From positions 10,976 to 74,975 of the forward strand of contig CAYXTA010000004.1 in NCBI GenBank assembly GCA_964468315.1: 64,000 bases of DNA, read 5' to 3'. The notes under the pieces were generated by a model. That model had not been told where the DNA came from and did not search any database. It saw nothing but the letters and a program-made list of their open reading frames with translations. This document shows positions 28,751 through 39,306 of the stretch, piece after piece. Made by a program: the position numbers and the translations under genes. Every line of letters starts with the position of its first letter. The stretch's first letter is position 1. Origin of the DNA: an uncultured Candidatus Saccharibacteria bacterium (GTDB lineage: Bacteria > Patescibacteriota > Minisyncoccia > Phycocordibacterales > UBA9973).

Positions 28751-29742
28751 ACCTTTCTATTTAAAACCTTTTTAACAGCATCTTTTATAGAGTCCTTATC
28801 CATTCCATAGTGTTTTATGAGTTCTTCTTGTGTACCTGACTGACCGAATTTATCACGAACTCCTACGAACTCTATAGGTACTGATAAATTTTGTGCAAGT
28901 ACTTCTGCGACAGCACTTCCCATTCCCCCAGCTATTTGATGTTCTTCTACGGTGACAATTTTTTTAGTTTCTTTTGCAAGAGCAATTATGGATTCACTAT
29001 CTATTGGTTTAATAGATGATAAATTCATTACTTTTACTTTAATTCCCTCTTTCTCAAGCTCTTTAGCTGCGACAAGTGCACGATAAAGCAAAGCACCTGT
29101 TGCAATAATTCCAACTTGAGCAAGACCTGAATCTGGTAACCAGTATATTTGTGCTTTTCCTATTTCAAAAGGAGTTTCTTCTGTTGTAATAATGGGTGTT
29201 TTTTCACGAGCAAGACGCAAATACGTCGGCTTAGTTGTTTTTGCTATAGCAAGTGTCGCGCGCTTTGCTTCAAGTGAATCACATGGAGAAATGACATCTA
29301 GGTTTGGTATAACACGAGTGATAGCTATATCTTCAATGGCTTGATGTGTGCCTCCATCAGGACCAACAGAAACACCAGCATGTGAACCGATGATTTTTAC
29401 ATTACGGTCGTTATAACAAATAGTTGTACGTATTGGCTCCCAATTTCTACCAGGAGAAAACATTGAGTAGCTAGAGATAAAAGGAATTTTTCCCATTACT
29501 GCCATACCACTTGCAACTGTAGCAAGATTTTGTTCCGCAACACCGACTTGCACAAATCTTTCAGGATATTTTTCTTTAAATAAATGCATTTGTGTACTTT
29601 CTGTAAGATCAGCACAAAGAGCTACGACATTTTTATTTTCTCCTGCTAAAACAAGACCTTCACCGAAACCTTTTCGTATTGGTACTTGCTCAACATCATC
29701 ATTGAAAATTTTTGTATTTAATTTTAATTCAGGGTTTAACAT
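28747..29742 (-). CDS. tktB: Transketolase, C-terminal (pyrimidine-binding) subunit.
   Basis: FGEGLVLAGENKNVVALCADLT..., typical of split-transketolase C-terminal subunits. Confidence 0.85.
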   Translation of the reverse strand: MLNPELKLNTKIFNDDVEQVPIRKGFGEGLVLAGENKNVVALCADLTESTQMHLFKEKYPERFVQVGVAEQNLATVASGMAVMGKIPFISSYSMFSPGRNWEPIRTTICYNDRNVKIIGSHAGVSVGPDGGTHQAIEDIAITRVIPNLDVISPCDSLEAKRATLAIAKTTKPTYLRLAREKTPIITTEETPFEIGKAQIYWLPDSGLAQVGIIATGALLYRALVAAKELEKEGIKVKVMNLSSIKPIDSESIIALAKETKKIVTVEEHQIAGGMGSAVAEVLAQNLSVPIEFVGVRDKFGQSGTQEELIKHYGMDKDSIKDAVKKVLNRKV

Positions 29743-29744
29743 AT

Positions 29745-30611
29745 TTATTGATGTTCACTTGTAATTTTTCCTCCAAGAGTACGAAGTTCTTTTAATGCCA
29801 TATCAGCTTCTTCTTTACTTGGTGGTTTGCCATGCCATTTATAATCACGCTCAAATTCATGGACACCTTTACCTGGTATAGTATGAGCTATTATAACTGT
29901 CGGTTTTTCATATATAGTTTTTGCTTCTTCTACAGCTTGGTTGATAGCTATCATGTCATGTCCTGAAACTTCTATAACATGCCAATTAAAAGCTCTCCAT
30001 TTATCAGCAAGTGGTTCAAGTGGCATAACATCTTCTGTATATCCTTCTATCTGAATATTATTTCTATCGATAATAGCAATTAAATTTCGTAATTTATTTT
30101 TTCCTGCGAGCATTACAGCTTCCCAACTAGAACCTTCATCTAGTTCCCCATCGCTCATAAAACAATAAATATATTTTTCTGTATTAATACCATTATCCAT
30201 TCTATCTGCAATAGCCATACCTACAGCTTGCCCAAGGCCTAAACCAAGCGGACCAGAAGATGTTTCTACGTACGGTAAATATTCTCTATGTGGATGACCT
30301 TGCAAACGACTTCCAAATTTTCTTAAAGTTTTCAATTCTTCTAATTCAAAATATCCTGCGTGAGCCATAGTAGCATAAAGTACAGGGCAGATATGTCCGT
30401 TGGAAAGTACTAAACGATCACGATCTATCCAAGATGGATTCTTTGGATCATGATTTAAAATATGAAAATAAAAAAGTGTAAAAATATCTGCCATACCTAG
30501 AGGACCGGCAGTATGACCAGATTTTGCTTCGAGCAATGATTCAATAATAGAGATGCGAATCTCATTCGCTTTTTTTTGTAATTCTAAATTTTTTTCTTGG
30601 GTTAGAAACAT
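29745..30611 (-). CDS. tktA: Transketolase, N-terminal (TPP-binding) subunit.
   Basis: SGHTAGPLGMADIF...LSNGHICPVLYA...GPLGLGLGQAVGMA. Confidence 0.85.
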   Translation of the reverse strand: MFLTQEKNLELQKKANEIRISIIESLLEAKSGHTAGPLGMADIFTLFYFHILNHDPKNPSWIDRDRLVLSNGHICPVLYATMAHAGYFELEELKTLRKFGSRLQGHPHREYLPYVETSSGPLGLGLGQAVGMAIADRMDNGINTEKYIYCFMSDGELDEGSSWEAVMLAGKNKLRNLIAIIDRNNIQIEGYTEDVMPLEPLADKWRAFNWHVIEVSGHDMIAINQAVEEAKTIYEKPTVIIAHTIPGKGVHEFERDYKWHGKPPSKEEADMALKELRTLGGKITSEHQ

Positions 30612-30629
30612 TAAGATAATTATACCTTA

Positions 30630-31328
30630 TTATTCTAGTGACTCAAACATATTTACTGTCTCTTTTATATCATTTGATTTAAAAATAGCACTACCAATAA
30701 CGAGACGCTCTACTCCGGCATCTATTAACTCTGGTGCAGTATCAAGATTTACAGATCCATCTACAGATATAATAATGTCTGGGTATTTTTCTTTTAAAGT
30801 TTTTATATGTTCTAAAACTTTTTCATCAAAACCTTCTCCTTGAAAACCAATATGTTCAATACCCATACATTGAACAAAATCTACATAATTCACTAATGGG
30901 AAAATATTTTCTATATTTGTTTTTGTATTTATTGCTATACCTATCTGAACTGTATCACGTATATATGTATCGAGTCCTTCAAGGAAATCTTTAAATTCTG
31001 AAATATTTCCAATAGCTTCAACATGGAAAACGATTCTCTTTGGTCCTAGTTTCATGTATATAGGGAAATTTTCTACAGCATCGATGACCATCAGATCTAG
31101 TTCAAAATCAATATCTTCCCAAAATGGCATTCCTTCTTTCTCTTCCATAATCAAGTTGAAATTTGAAGTATCATTATCTTTTTCATCATATGGCCATGTT
31201 TGATTTTTCACAAAAACACCATCACAAATATCTATTTGTACGAGCGGAACAATACCTCGCACGAGTGCGACTCTATTTTTTAAATCTTCATAATTTCTAG
31301 GCATTATAGCTGGTATAATTTCTAACAT
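30630..31328 (-). CDS. rpe: Ribulose-phosphate 3-epimerase-like (TIM barrel).
   Basis: VQIDICDGVFV and ISVDGSVN..GVERLVIGSAIF motifs, in pentose-phosphate operon context. Confidence 0.7.
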   Translation of the reverse strand: MLEIIPAIMPRNYEDLKNRVALVRGIVPLVQIDICDGVFVKNQTWPYDEKDNDTSNFNLIMEEKEGMPFWEDIDFELDLMVIDAVENFPIYMKLGPKRIVFHVEAIGNISEFKDFLEGLDTYIRDTVQIGIAINTKTNIENIFPLVNYVDFVQCMGIEHIGFQGEGFDEKVLEHIKTLKEKYPDIIISVDGSVNLDTAPELIDAGVERLVIGSAIFKSNDIKETVNMFESLE

Positions 31329-31331
31329 AAT

Positions 31332-31769
31332 TTAATCCAATTTTTCTATTCTCCTTATATGCCTCTCATCACCAGAGAATTTTGTATTAATAAAAATATC
31401 CACTGCTTTTTTAGCTTCTTCTTCTGTCACAAATCTTGCGCCTAGAGAAAGTATGTTTGCATCATTATGTTCACGACTTACTTTAACTACATCCAAATTT
31501 CCTCCATAAAATTCACACGCTCGTGCTCCTATTGTACGATTTGCATCCATAGCTTCACCTTCGCCAGAACCACCTATCACTATTCCGAAACTTCCTTCGT
31601 CTTCTACTACAGAATTTGCTACTGGTTCTACATAATCAGGATAATCATCAAATTCTTTATATTCAAAAGCTCCTTTGTCTATTACTTCATAATCAAATTC
31701 ACCTAAATATTTTTTAAGTTTTTCTTTTAATTCATATCCTGCATGATCAGAGCCAATGTAGATTTTCAT
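31332..31769 (-). CDS. rpiB: Ribose-5-phosphate isomerase B.
   Basis: MKIYIGSDHAGYELKE and GIVIGGSGEGEAMDANR motifs. Confidence 0.9.
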   Translation of the reverse strand: MKIYIGSDHAGYELKEKLKKYLGEFDYEVIDKGAFEYKEFDDYPDYVEPVANSVVEDEGSFGIVIGGSGEGEAMDANRTIGARACEFYGGNLDVVKVSREHNDANILSLGARFVTEEEAKKAVDIFINTKFSGDERHIRRIEKLD

Positions 31770-31775
31770 AAAAAA

Positions 31776-31973
31776 TTAGTTTGACTTTGCGTTCTGAAGT
31801 TTTTTAGATCTTTCAAAAATAAGTTTTCCGCGTTCATCTCTTATTTTATCTTTTTCTTCTTCAGGCTTTGCATTATGTAACTCAATTCCCAAAATTGCTA
31901 TTTTTTTATCTATCTCATTTTCACCATCAGTAAGATTAACTTTATTAAATTCTGGACCCATAAATTTTTCCAT
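31776..31973 (-). CDS. Small hypothetical protein (65 aa).
   Basis: ORF upstream of rpiB. Confidence 0.3.
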   Translation of the reverse strand: MEKFMGPEFNKVNLTDGENEIDKKIAILGIELHNAKPEEEKDKIRDERGKLIFERSKKLQNAKSN

Positions 31974-32007
31974 ATATTTATAGTACCAAGAAGGATTTTA
32001 TATAGCA

Positions 32008-32044
32008 ATAATAAAAAAAATACCCCTAGAAAAATCTAGGGGTA
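32008..32044 (-). terminator. Rho-independent terminator for the minus-strand gene ending at 32075.
   Basis: Hairpin acccctagaaaaatctaggggt with a T-run on the minus strand. Confidence 0.65.
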
Positions 32045-32074
32045 TTTTGCGTAAGCAACTAAATTACTTATCAT

Positions 32075-32386
32075 TTAAATTACTATTTGATGATGACTTT
32101 TACTGTCAGCAATGAGAAGAGCATTCAATCCTACTGCAGCTTGTCTCCATGTAGCAGGGTAACTATCGTATTGAGATTTCACTCTCGCAATGACAGCATC
32201 TTTAATTGTTTTTGCCTCCATACCAAGCAGTTCAAATTGTGACGCCAATGAGTAGTAACTCAAAACATCTTTTTCACCAACCTTATGAATTTCATTGAAG
32301 AATTTCTGCATCGTAGCTATCATTTTATAATGATCTTGGGCTTTAGTTGCTTCATCGAATTCTTTAAAATACTTTGCTATTTCCAT
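32075..32386 (-). CDS. Hypothetical protein (103 aa).
   Basis: ORF only. Confidence 0.4.
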   Translation of the reverse strand: MEIAKYFKEFDEATKAQDHYKMIATMQKFFNEIHKVGEKDVLSYYSLASQFELLGMEAKTIKDAVIARVKSQYDSYPATWRQAAVGLNALLIADSKSHHQIVI

Positions 32387-32493
32387 ATTTTTTTATTTTT
32401 AAGTTTTTTTAATTGTATCATATTATAATAAAAAAGTCAATATACAGAAAAAGCCCTAAAATTAGGACTTTTTCTCGGAATTTAAGTTTAAAT

Positions 32494-33519
32494 TTAGATA
32501 GTCTCCCCTGTCTTTATAACATGATCTACAAGTGTGTGAGTATACCCCATTTCATTGTCGTACCAGCCCATAACTTTTACAAGGTTACCTCCAACAACAC
32601 GAGTCATTTTAAGATCTGCGATAGAAGCATGAGATTCACCGAGAATATCTGAAGAAACAAGTTCTTCTTCTGTTACAGAAAAAATCTTACTCCATTTAGA
32701 ATCCATAGACGCTTTCTTTAAAATTGCATTTACTTCTTCTGCTGTAGTATTTTTCTTTGAGATAAAAGTAATATCTACAATACTTCCTGCTGGAACTGGC
32801 ACACGCATTGAAATACCATCAAAAAGTCCTGTGAGTTCTGGAAATGCTTTTGTCACAGCTATAGCTGCACCAGTAGAAGATGGAACGATATTTTGTGCAG
32901 CAGCACGACCTTCACGAAAATCTTTTTTATTTGGACCGTCTACGATACCCTGTGAAGCAGTGTATCCGTGCACAGTGTTCAAAACTGCTTTTTCTATACC
33001 AAGTGCTTCGTGTAAAATCGCAATCAAAGGACTCGCTGCGTTTGTAGTACAAGATGCATTTGAAGTGACAGCGCATGTACCAAATTTATCTTCATTTACT
33101 CCAAGTAAAATAGTTTCTCCTTGGACACTACCGTCGCCTTCTTTCGCAGGAGCGGAGATGACTACTTTCTTCGCACCAGCTGTAATGTGTGCATTTGCTT
33201 TGTCATATGTAGTAAAGAGTCCAGTAGATTCTACTACAACATCAACATTCATAGCACCCCAAGGAAGCACTGCTGGATCTTTCTCTGCTAAAACTTTTAT
33301 TCTTTTTCCATCAATTATTATTTCTTGCCCTTCTGCTTTTACTTCATGATTCCATGTTCTGTAAACTGTGTCATGCTTTAAAAGATATGCCATGTTTGCA
33401 ACATCACCCAAGTCATTGACTGCGACTATTTCTATCTCTGGTCTTTCCCAAGCGATTTTCAAAAAAGCTCTACCTATTCTTCCAAAACCATTTATTCCTA
33501 CTTTGATTGTATTTGCCAT
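32494..33519 (-). CDS. gapA: Glyceraldehyde-3-phosphate dehydrogenase.
   Basis: KVGINGFGRIGR and ASCTTNAASP motifs. Confidence 0.95.
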   Translation of the reverse strand: MANTIKVGINGFGRIGRAFLKIAWERPEIEIVAVNDLGDVANMAYLLKHDTVYRTWNHEVKAEGQEIIIDGKRIKVLAEKDPAVLPWGAMNVDVVVESTGLFTTYDKANAHITAGAKKVVISAPAKEGDGSVQGETILLGVNEDKFGTCAVTSNASCTTNAASPLIAILHEALGIEKAVLNTVHGYTASQGIVDGPNKKDFREGRAAAQNIVPSSTGAAIAVTKAFPELTGLFDGISMRVPVPAGSIVDITFISKKNTTAEEVNAILKKASMDSKWSKIFSVTEEELVSSDILGESHASIADLKMTRVVGGNLVKVMGWYDNEMGYTHTLVDHVIKTGETI

Positions 33520-33561
33520 AATATTTTTGTGTAAATTTTAATAGATTTATTATACCAAAAA

Positions 33562-33600
33562 GCAAATAAAAAATCCCAGTGCAATTTTGCAAAGGGATTT
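33562..33600 (-). terminator. Rho-independent terminator for the minus-strand gene ending at 33624.
   Basis: Hairpin aatcccagtgcaattttgcaaagggatt with a T-run on the minus strand. Confidence 0.6.
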
Positions 33601-33623
33601 TTAGAAATACCACTAATGATTGA

Positions 33624-33968
33624 TTATTTTTTTAAATAAATTGACCATTTTATCCAATCTTCTAAAGGATCAAAAATGGATGGTGAATTATCAACATTAG
33701 GCATAAATTCAAGCTTTAGCATGAAGAATAAATGAATCCAAAGTTGTTCACAATCTTCTTTTTTAAAAGATTTAGTTTCTTCACGAAAAACACTGTCTTT
33801 AGTTAAAAATTGACCTACATAAGAAATACTTTCTTGTTTATATTTCTTAATTTCATGTATTACGGTCAACTTTTTTATACTCTCACGGATTTCAAGGTCT
33901 GAAACATTGTCATTTATAATTAAACGTTCAAGGATACTTAGGTATTTTTTAGCTGAGTCGTAATGCAT
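33624..33968 (-). CDS. Hypothetical protein (114 aa).
   Basis: ORF only. Confidence 0.4.
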   Translation of the reverse strand: MHYDSAKKYLSILERLIINDNVSDLEIRESIKKLTVIHEIKKYKQESISYVGQFLTKDSVFREETKSFKKEDCEQLWIHLFFMLKLEFMPNVDNSPSIFDPLEDWIKWSIYLKK

Positions 33969-34113
33969 TTTATTAAATTTTTTAGTTAAAAGTTTAGGAA
34001 AATTATCTGATTTTTAACCGGAACAGGGCTAACAAATCTAGGTATAGTATAGCACAAAATATGACTATTTGTCAAGCATATTTAAGCCTTTATTTATATG
34101 CTAAAATATCTTT

Positions 34114-34803
34114 ATGAAAATCCATAGATTTATAGACAATTTCGATCTTTCTGGAAAGGAAATTGAAATCACTGGTGAAACAGCACATCAGATGGCAAAG
34201 GTGTTAAAACTTGAAATTGGTGAACAAGTGGAGATTTGTGATGGAAAAGGAATAAATGCACAAGGTAAAATAACAAAACTAAGTAAAAATTCTACGATAG
34301 TAGAAATAGAAAAAATAACAAAAGAATCCCCTGCACAAAAAAGCGTAACACTTTTTTGTGCAGTATTAAAAAAAGAAAATTTCGAGCTCGTCGTCCAAAA
34401 AGCCACAGAATGCGGGATACAAAAAATAATCCCAATCATCACTACGCGTACAATAAAGACAGGTCTCAATATGGAGCGTCTACAAAAAATAGCAAAAGAA
34501 GCATGTGAGCAATCAGGTAGAAATTATTTACCAGAAATATTTGAACCAATTATTTTTGAAGAATCTTTAGAAAAAGCAAAAGAAAATGAAATAAACATTA
34601 TTTTCGATGCTAGTGGAGAATTGTTAAGAAATTTAAATGACAAACCCTCAATAGGAATCTGGATAGGTCCCGAAGGAGGCTGGACACCGGAAGAAATAAA
34701 AAAAGCCACAGAAAATAATTTCTCTGTGGCCTCACTAGGAACAAACATTTTACGAGGAGAAACGGCTGCAATTATTGCGAGTTATTTAGCCCAAAATTTA
34801 TAG
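34114..34803 (+). CDS. rsmE: 16S rRNA (uracil1498-N3)-methyltransferase RsmE.
   Basis: MKIHRFI N-terminus. GIWIGPEGGWTPEEI, the RsmE SPOUT signature. Confidence 0.85.
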   Translation: MKIHRFIDNFDLSGKEIEITGETAHQMAKVLKLEIGEQVEICDGKGINAQGKITKLSKNSTIVEIEKITKESPAQKSVTLFCAVLKKENFELVVQKATECGIQKIIPIITTRTIKTGLNMERLQKIAKEACEQSGRNYLPEIFEPIIFEESLEKAKENEINIIFDASGELLRNLNDKPSIGIWIGPEGGWTPEEIKKATENNFSVASLGTNILRGETAAIIASYLAQNL

Positions 34804-35326
34804 CGACTCCTATTTTCCATCCATAATAATAAAATCCATTTGATTTTGCATTCAAGGGTTCTTTTGGATACCAAGAAGTCCCAAGCCTTCCAACCAAAAA
34901 GATTTCAATACGTCCATCGATTTCAAAAGCTGGACCAAGTACAAAAGCTACAAGCATTTTTGGTTTTTCTTCCGTTGTTTGTGATACAAGCTCATCATCA
35001 GCAACAAAAAAATTGTGCTCGTAATCATAATCAACACCAATAATTTTGAAAAATCTTGCATGATCCCATTTTTTAAAATCTGGTTTAAAACCAAAACCAG
35101 CACCAATACCTGATTTTGTGACTTCAGTACTTAAGTAAAAATTTTTAAAAGATGGACTAGCTCCTTCTATTTCACAAAAATTAAAACCGAGTCCAACACC
35201 CAAACCTTCACGTCCATAAAATCCTTCCAATGAATAAACATATTTCTTATTTAATTCAAAAGTTTGCGCAGAAGCAAAATGACCAAAAGACAGCAATCCA
35301 AGCACTAAAAGAACAATTTTTCTCAT
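34772..35326 (-). CDS. Putative outer-membrane beta-barrel protein (OmpA-like / PF13505-like).
   Basis: Signal peptide ..FASAQT. Alternating hydrophobic beta-strand pattern. C-terminal GWKIGVAINF ending in Phe (omp85-type C-terminal signature). Confidence 0.5.
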   Translation of the reverse strand: MRKIVLLVLGLLSFGHFASAQTFELNKKYVYSLEGFYGREGLGVGLGFNFCEIEGASPSFKNFYLSTEVTKSGIGAGFGFKPDFKKWDHARFFKIIGVDYDYEHNFFVADDELVSQTTEEKPKMLVAFVLGPAFEIDGRIEIFLVGRLGTSWYPKEPLNAKSNGFYYYGWKIGVAINFGLNNSQ

Positions 35327-35436
35327 AATTTACGTATTAAGTTTACAAATTTATTTCAAATTCAACTTAACTCTACATTTTTAAACAAAAAAGTCAATTC
35401 AAGCTCATTTGATTAAATATGCTAAAATAAAAACCA

Positions 35437-38400
35437 ATGGAATCAAAATTTATCCACCTTCATACACACTCGCACTATTCCCTACTCGACGGACTTTCAA
35501 AAGTCGAAGACATGGTGCGTATCGCAAAAGAACACAATATGTCTTCGATGGCTATTACTGATCACGGCAATATGTATGGAGCTATAGAGTTCTATAAAGA
35601 ATGTAAGAAAGAAAATATCAAACCTATCATTGGTTGTGAAGTATATGTTGCCGAAAGAAATATGGAAGACAAAGAACCTGGTATTGATAACAAAAGATAT
35701 CACTTAATTTTGCTTGCAAAGAATATACAAGGTTATAAAAACTTAATGAAGATAGTTTCTTCTGCAAACCTCGAAGGATATTATTACAAACCTCGTGTAG
35801 ATATGAAATTACTAAAACAATACGGCGAAGGTATCATCGCTCTTTCAGGATGTATGGGAGGAAAATTATCTCAAGCATTGCTTGCAGGAAATGATGAAAA
35901 AGCAGAAACTCTCGTAAAAGATCATCAAGATATTTTCGGTAAAGAAAATTATTTTATAGAAATACAATCTCATCCACATCTCGAACGAGACGCAGAACTC
36001 CGCGAAAAACTTATAAAACTTGCAAGAAAACTCGATGTAAAAATAGTTGCAACACAAGATTCGCACTACCCTTGCAAAGATGATCATGAAGCTCATCACA
36101 CTCTTCTTCAGATAAACACAGGAGCAGATGTAAAAGATTCTGCAAAATTTGAATTCCCAGATGATGACTTTTCTCTTATAGATGAAAAAACTGCTTTAGA
36201 ATATTTCAAAGAAACACCAGAAGCTGTAACTAATACAAAATTCATCGCTGATATGTGTGAAGATTATGATCTAGAACTTGGTAAAGCATATTTTCCAAAT
36301 TTCCCAATCGAAGAAGGGAAAACTGGTGACGGAATGCTCCGCGAACAAGCGTATGCAGGTTTTGCTTTTAGAAAACTTGAACAAATACCAGCTTATGTAG
36401 AAAGACTTGAATACGAACTTGGTATCATAAAACAAAAAGGATATCCTACATATTTTCTTGTTGTGGGAGATTTATTAAAATACGCACGTGAAAATGGAAT
36501 TCTTACAAACATCAGAGGATCAGTCGCAGGATCTTTGACGACATATCTTTTAGGTATTACGAATGTTGACCCACTTGTTTATAAACTTCCTTTCGAAAGA
36601 TTTCTAAATCCTGAGCGTCCTTCACTTCCCGATATCGATATGGACTACGCCGACAACAGACGCGATGAAATGATAGCTTATGCAAAAAAAAAATATGGAG
36701 AAGATAGAGTCGCACAAATTGGTACATTCGGTACGATGATGGCAAAAGGTTCTGTACGTGATGTTGCTCGTGCACTTGGTTATGAATACGCTGTTGGAGA
36801 TAAAATTTCAAATATGATACCCATGGGTTCACAAGGTTTCCCGATGACTATAAAGCACGCAATGGAAACAGTACCAGAACTTGAAAAAGCATATAAAACA
36901 GATAAAGATACAAAAAAAATAATTGATCTAGCAAAGAAACTCGAGGGTTGTGTACGCCATGTTTCTGTACACGCTGCTGGTATAGTTATTGCACCAAGAC
37001 CACTTGTAGACTTCACTCCAATACAATACGATCCAAAAGGTGGTGATGTCATAACTCAATACGATATGTATCAGATCGAAGATGTTGGACTTCCAAAATT
37101 CGACTTCTTGGGAATTCGTAACCTTTCTATTCTTGCTGATGCTGTTGCTCTCGTGAAAAGAATTCGCAACATTGAAGTTGATATAGAAAATATTGATGTT
37201 GCAGATAAGAAAACTTTCGAACTTCTTGCTCGAGGAGAAACTATGGGGCTTTTCCAATTAAACGGTGGCGGTATGACTGCTTATTTGAAAAAACTAAAAC
37301 CTACATCAATACACGATATCAATGCTATGGTCGCACTTTATCGTCCAGGACCAATACAATTTATTCCTCTATACATTGAACGTAAACATAATCCTCGCTT
37401 AGTGAAATACATGGATCCAGCACTCGAACCTATTTTGAAACAAACATATGGAGTGCTTGTGTATCAAGACGACTTGCTTCTCATTGCAATTCATATAGCT
37501 GGATATTCTTGGGGAGAAGCTGATAAATTCCGTAAAGCTGTCGGTAAAAAAATTCCAGAAGAAATGGCAAAACAAAAAGATCACTTCATTACTGGTTGTG
37601 TAGAACACAGTAAATGGCCATTAAAGAAAGCACAAGAGCTTTGGAATCAGATAGAGCCTTTCGCAGCTTATGGTTTCAATAAAGCTCACTCAGCGAGTTA
37701 TGGACGTGTTGCATATCAAACTGCTTATATGAAAGCCAATTTCCCTGTCGAATATATGAGTGCAATCATGACTGCCGAATCTGGTGATGTAGAAAAAATT
37801 GCTGAAATAGTACATGAATGCGAGAATATGAAAATAAAAGTTCTTCCTCCAAATATAAATGAAAGTTTCAAAGGTTTTACTTGCATTGATGACAACACTA
37901 TTCGTTTTGGACTCTATACTATAAAAAACTTCGGTTCTGATATTGGGGACGCTATTATTGATGAAAGAAAAAAGAATGGGAATTTCAAAAATATCACTGA
38001 TTTTCTAGATCGTATAAAACATAAAAATTTGAATAAAAAATCGATGGAAGCACTTATTAAAACAGGTGCTATGGATGAATTTGGAAATAGAGGCACCTTG
38101 CTTTCAAATCTTGAAAATATGCTCGAATACAACAAAGAAAATAGTAAACAATCTTCTGATCAAGTTTCCCTCTTTGGCGGACTTTCTGGCGACAGTATGC
38201 CATCTTTCAAATTAAAAGATGCCGAGGATGTATCGAAAGAAACAAAACTTATTTGGGAAAAAGAATTGCTCGGACTTTATGTTTCAGGTCACCCTCTTGA
38301 TCGTATTCGTGACAAATTAGAAAAAAGAGAAATAAATATTAAAAAAATAAAAGAAAAATTAACTAATGGTTACCCTGTACTCCTTGCTGGTGTTATAGAA

Positions 38401-38613
38401 ACAGTCAGACAAGTAACAACAAAGAAAAATCAACAAATGGCATTCATCCGTATTGCTGATCTGACAGGTTCTATAGAAGCTGTAATTTTCCCAAAACTCT
38501 ATAAAGAAAAATCTGAACTCATAGTAACAGAAAAATGTATTGCCATCTCTGGTAAAGTTTCCATCCGTAATGATGAGAAAACTATTGCGATTGAAGGATT
38601 AAAAGAAGTATAA
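35437..38613 (+). CDS. dnaE: DNA polymerase III alpha subunit.
   Basis: N-terminal PHP domain FIHLHTHSHYSLLDG. Size and layout are those of DnaE. Confidence 0.95.
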   Translation: MESKFIHLHTHSHYSLLDGLSKVEDMVRIAKEHNMSSMAITDHGNMYGAIEFYKECKKENIKPIIGCEVYVAERNMEDKEPGIDNKRYHLILLAKNIQGYKNLMKIVSSANLEGYYYKPRVDMKLLKQYGEGIIALSGCMGGKLSQALLAGNDEKAETLVKDHQDIFGKENYFIEIQSHPHLERDAELREKLIKLARKLDVKIVATQDSHYPCKDDHEAHHTLLQINTGADVKDSAKFEFPDDDFSLIDEKTALEYFKETPEAVTNTKFIADMCEDYDLELGKAYFPNFPIEEGKTGDGMLREQAYAGFAFRKLEQIPAYVERLEYELGIIKQKGYPTYFLVVGDLLKYARENGILTNIRGSVAGSLTTYLLGITNVDPLVYKLPFERFLNPERPSLPDIDMDYADNRRDEMIAYAKKKYGEDRVAQIGTFGTMMAKGSVRDVARALGYEYAVGDKISNMIPMGSQGFPMTIKHAMETVPELEKAYKTDKDTKKIIDLAKKLEGCVRHVSVHAAGIVIAPRPLVDFTPIQYDPKGGDVITQYDMYQIEDVGLPKFDFLGIRNLSILADAVALVKRIRNIEVDIENIDVADKKTFELLARGETMGLFQLNGGGMTAYLKKLKPTSIHDINAMVALYRPGPIQFIPLYIERKHNPRLVKYMDPALEPILKQTYGVLVYQDDLLLIAIHIAGYSWGEADKFRKAVGKKIPEEMAKQKDHFITGCVEHSKWPLKKAQELWNQIEPFAAYGFNKAHSASYGRVAYQTAYMKANFPVEYMSAIMTAESGDVEKIAEIVHECENMKIKVLPPNINESFKGFTCIDDNTIRFGLYTIKNFGSDIGDAIIDERKKNGNFKNITDFLDRIKHKNLNKKSMEALIKTGAMDEFGNRGTLLSNLENMLEYNKENSKQSSDQVSLFGGLSGDSMPSFKLKDAEDVSKETKLIWEKELLGLYVSGHPLDRIRDKLEKREINIKKIKEKLTNGYPVLLAGVIETVRQVTTKKNQQMAFIRIADLTGSIEAVIFPKLYKEKSELIVTEKCIAISGKVSIRNDEKTIAIEGLKEV

Positions 38614-38647
38614 AACAAAAAAACCACCTTTAAGGTGGTTTTTTTGT
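38614..38647. terminator. Bidirectional rho-independent terminator.
   Basis: Hairpin aaccacctttaaggtggtt flanked by A- and T-runs. Between convergent genes. Confidence 0.75.
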
Positions 38648-39306
38648 TAAGCTTCAGCTTGAGTAGTAGTAATTGTTGTAATATCTTCAGGACCGATGTC
38701 GGACATGATTTTCATAACTTGGTCTGCATATTTTTCAACGACAGACGGTGGGTTATATTTCTGAAGAATTTGTTTAACAGTCTTACCATCATAATGGTGA
38801 GCAGTCTTAGGGTTATTACCCCCAAGGTTTTTAGACACCACTTCGATAGCTTGTTCTTTTGAGTCAAAAGAGATCTTACATGAACCCCAACCAAGGAAAC
38901 TATTCTTTACTTTTTTACAAGCAAATTTACCTCCTGTGGATTCACGAACAGAGATAGCAGCAACAAGACGCCAATCAAGGTCATTCTTATCTGCTTCCTC
39001 GGCCATTTTAAGACCTGTTCCTTCAAGAGGCATATCATATTTCTTGAAATATGCATCTATAGCTTCACCTTGAGCCTTAAGAGTTTTAAGCTTTTCGTCT
39101 TCTTCCTGGTTAAAGGCAAACAAGACTGGAGCTTCTATATTTTGTTGTTGGAATAATGCGACTTGGGGAACTTGCGTGTTCTGAATGTTATTTCCTATTG
39201 CAGGTACAGACATTGTAGTCATAGCAGGCAAAAGGATCAGAGAGTTCACGAGTCGTATTATGTTTTTATTTTTCATATTATAGCGGTATATGCTCCGCCA
39301 ACCCAT
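38647..39306 (-). CDS. Secreted hypothetical protein, possibly a lysozyme-like/peptidoglycan-binding fold. Alternative start at 39276 (MKNKNIIRLVNSLILLPAM...).
   Basis: Signal peptide. WRLVAAISVRESTGGKF motif. Confidence 0.4.
   Translation of the reverse strand: MGWRSIYRYNMKNKNIIRLVNSLILLPAMTTMSVPAIGNNIQNTQVPQVALFQQQNIEAPVLFAFNQEEDEKLKTLKAQGEAIDAYFKKYDMPLEGTGLKMAEEADKNDLDWRLVAAISVRESTGGKFACKKVKNSFLGWGSCKISFDSKEQAIEVVSKNLGGNNPKTAHHYDGKTVKQILQKYNPPSVVEKYADQVMKIMSDIGPEDITTITTTQAEA

Noticed and set aside
32831-33349. Plus-strand 172-aa ORF antisense to gapA, and similar antisense ORFs (7414..7788 in ychF, 34188..34748 in rsmE, 35497..38135 in dnaE, 43007..43357 in the MFS gene, 44443..45303 in secA)
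   Set aside because: Each overlaps a strongly supported conserved gene on the other strand and has no motifs. Spurious.
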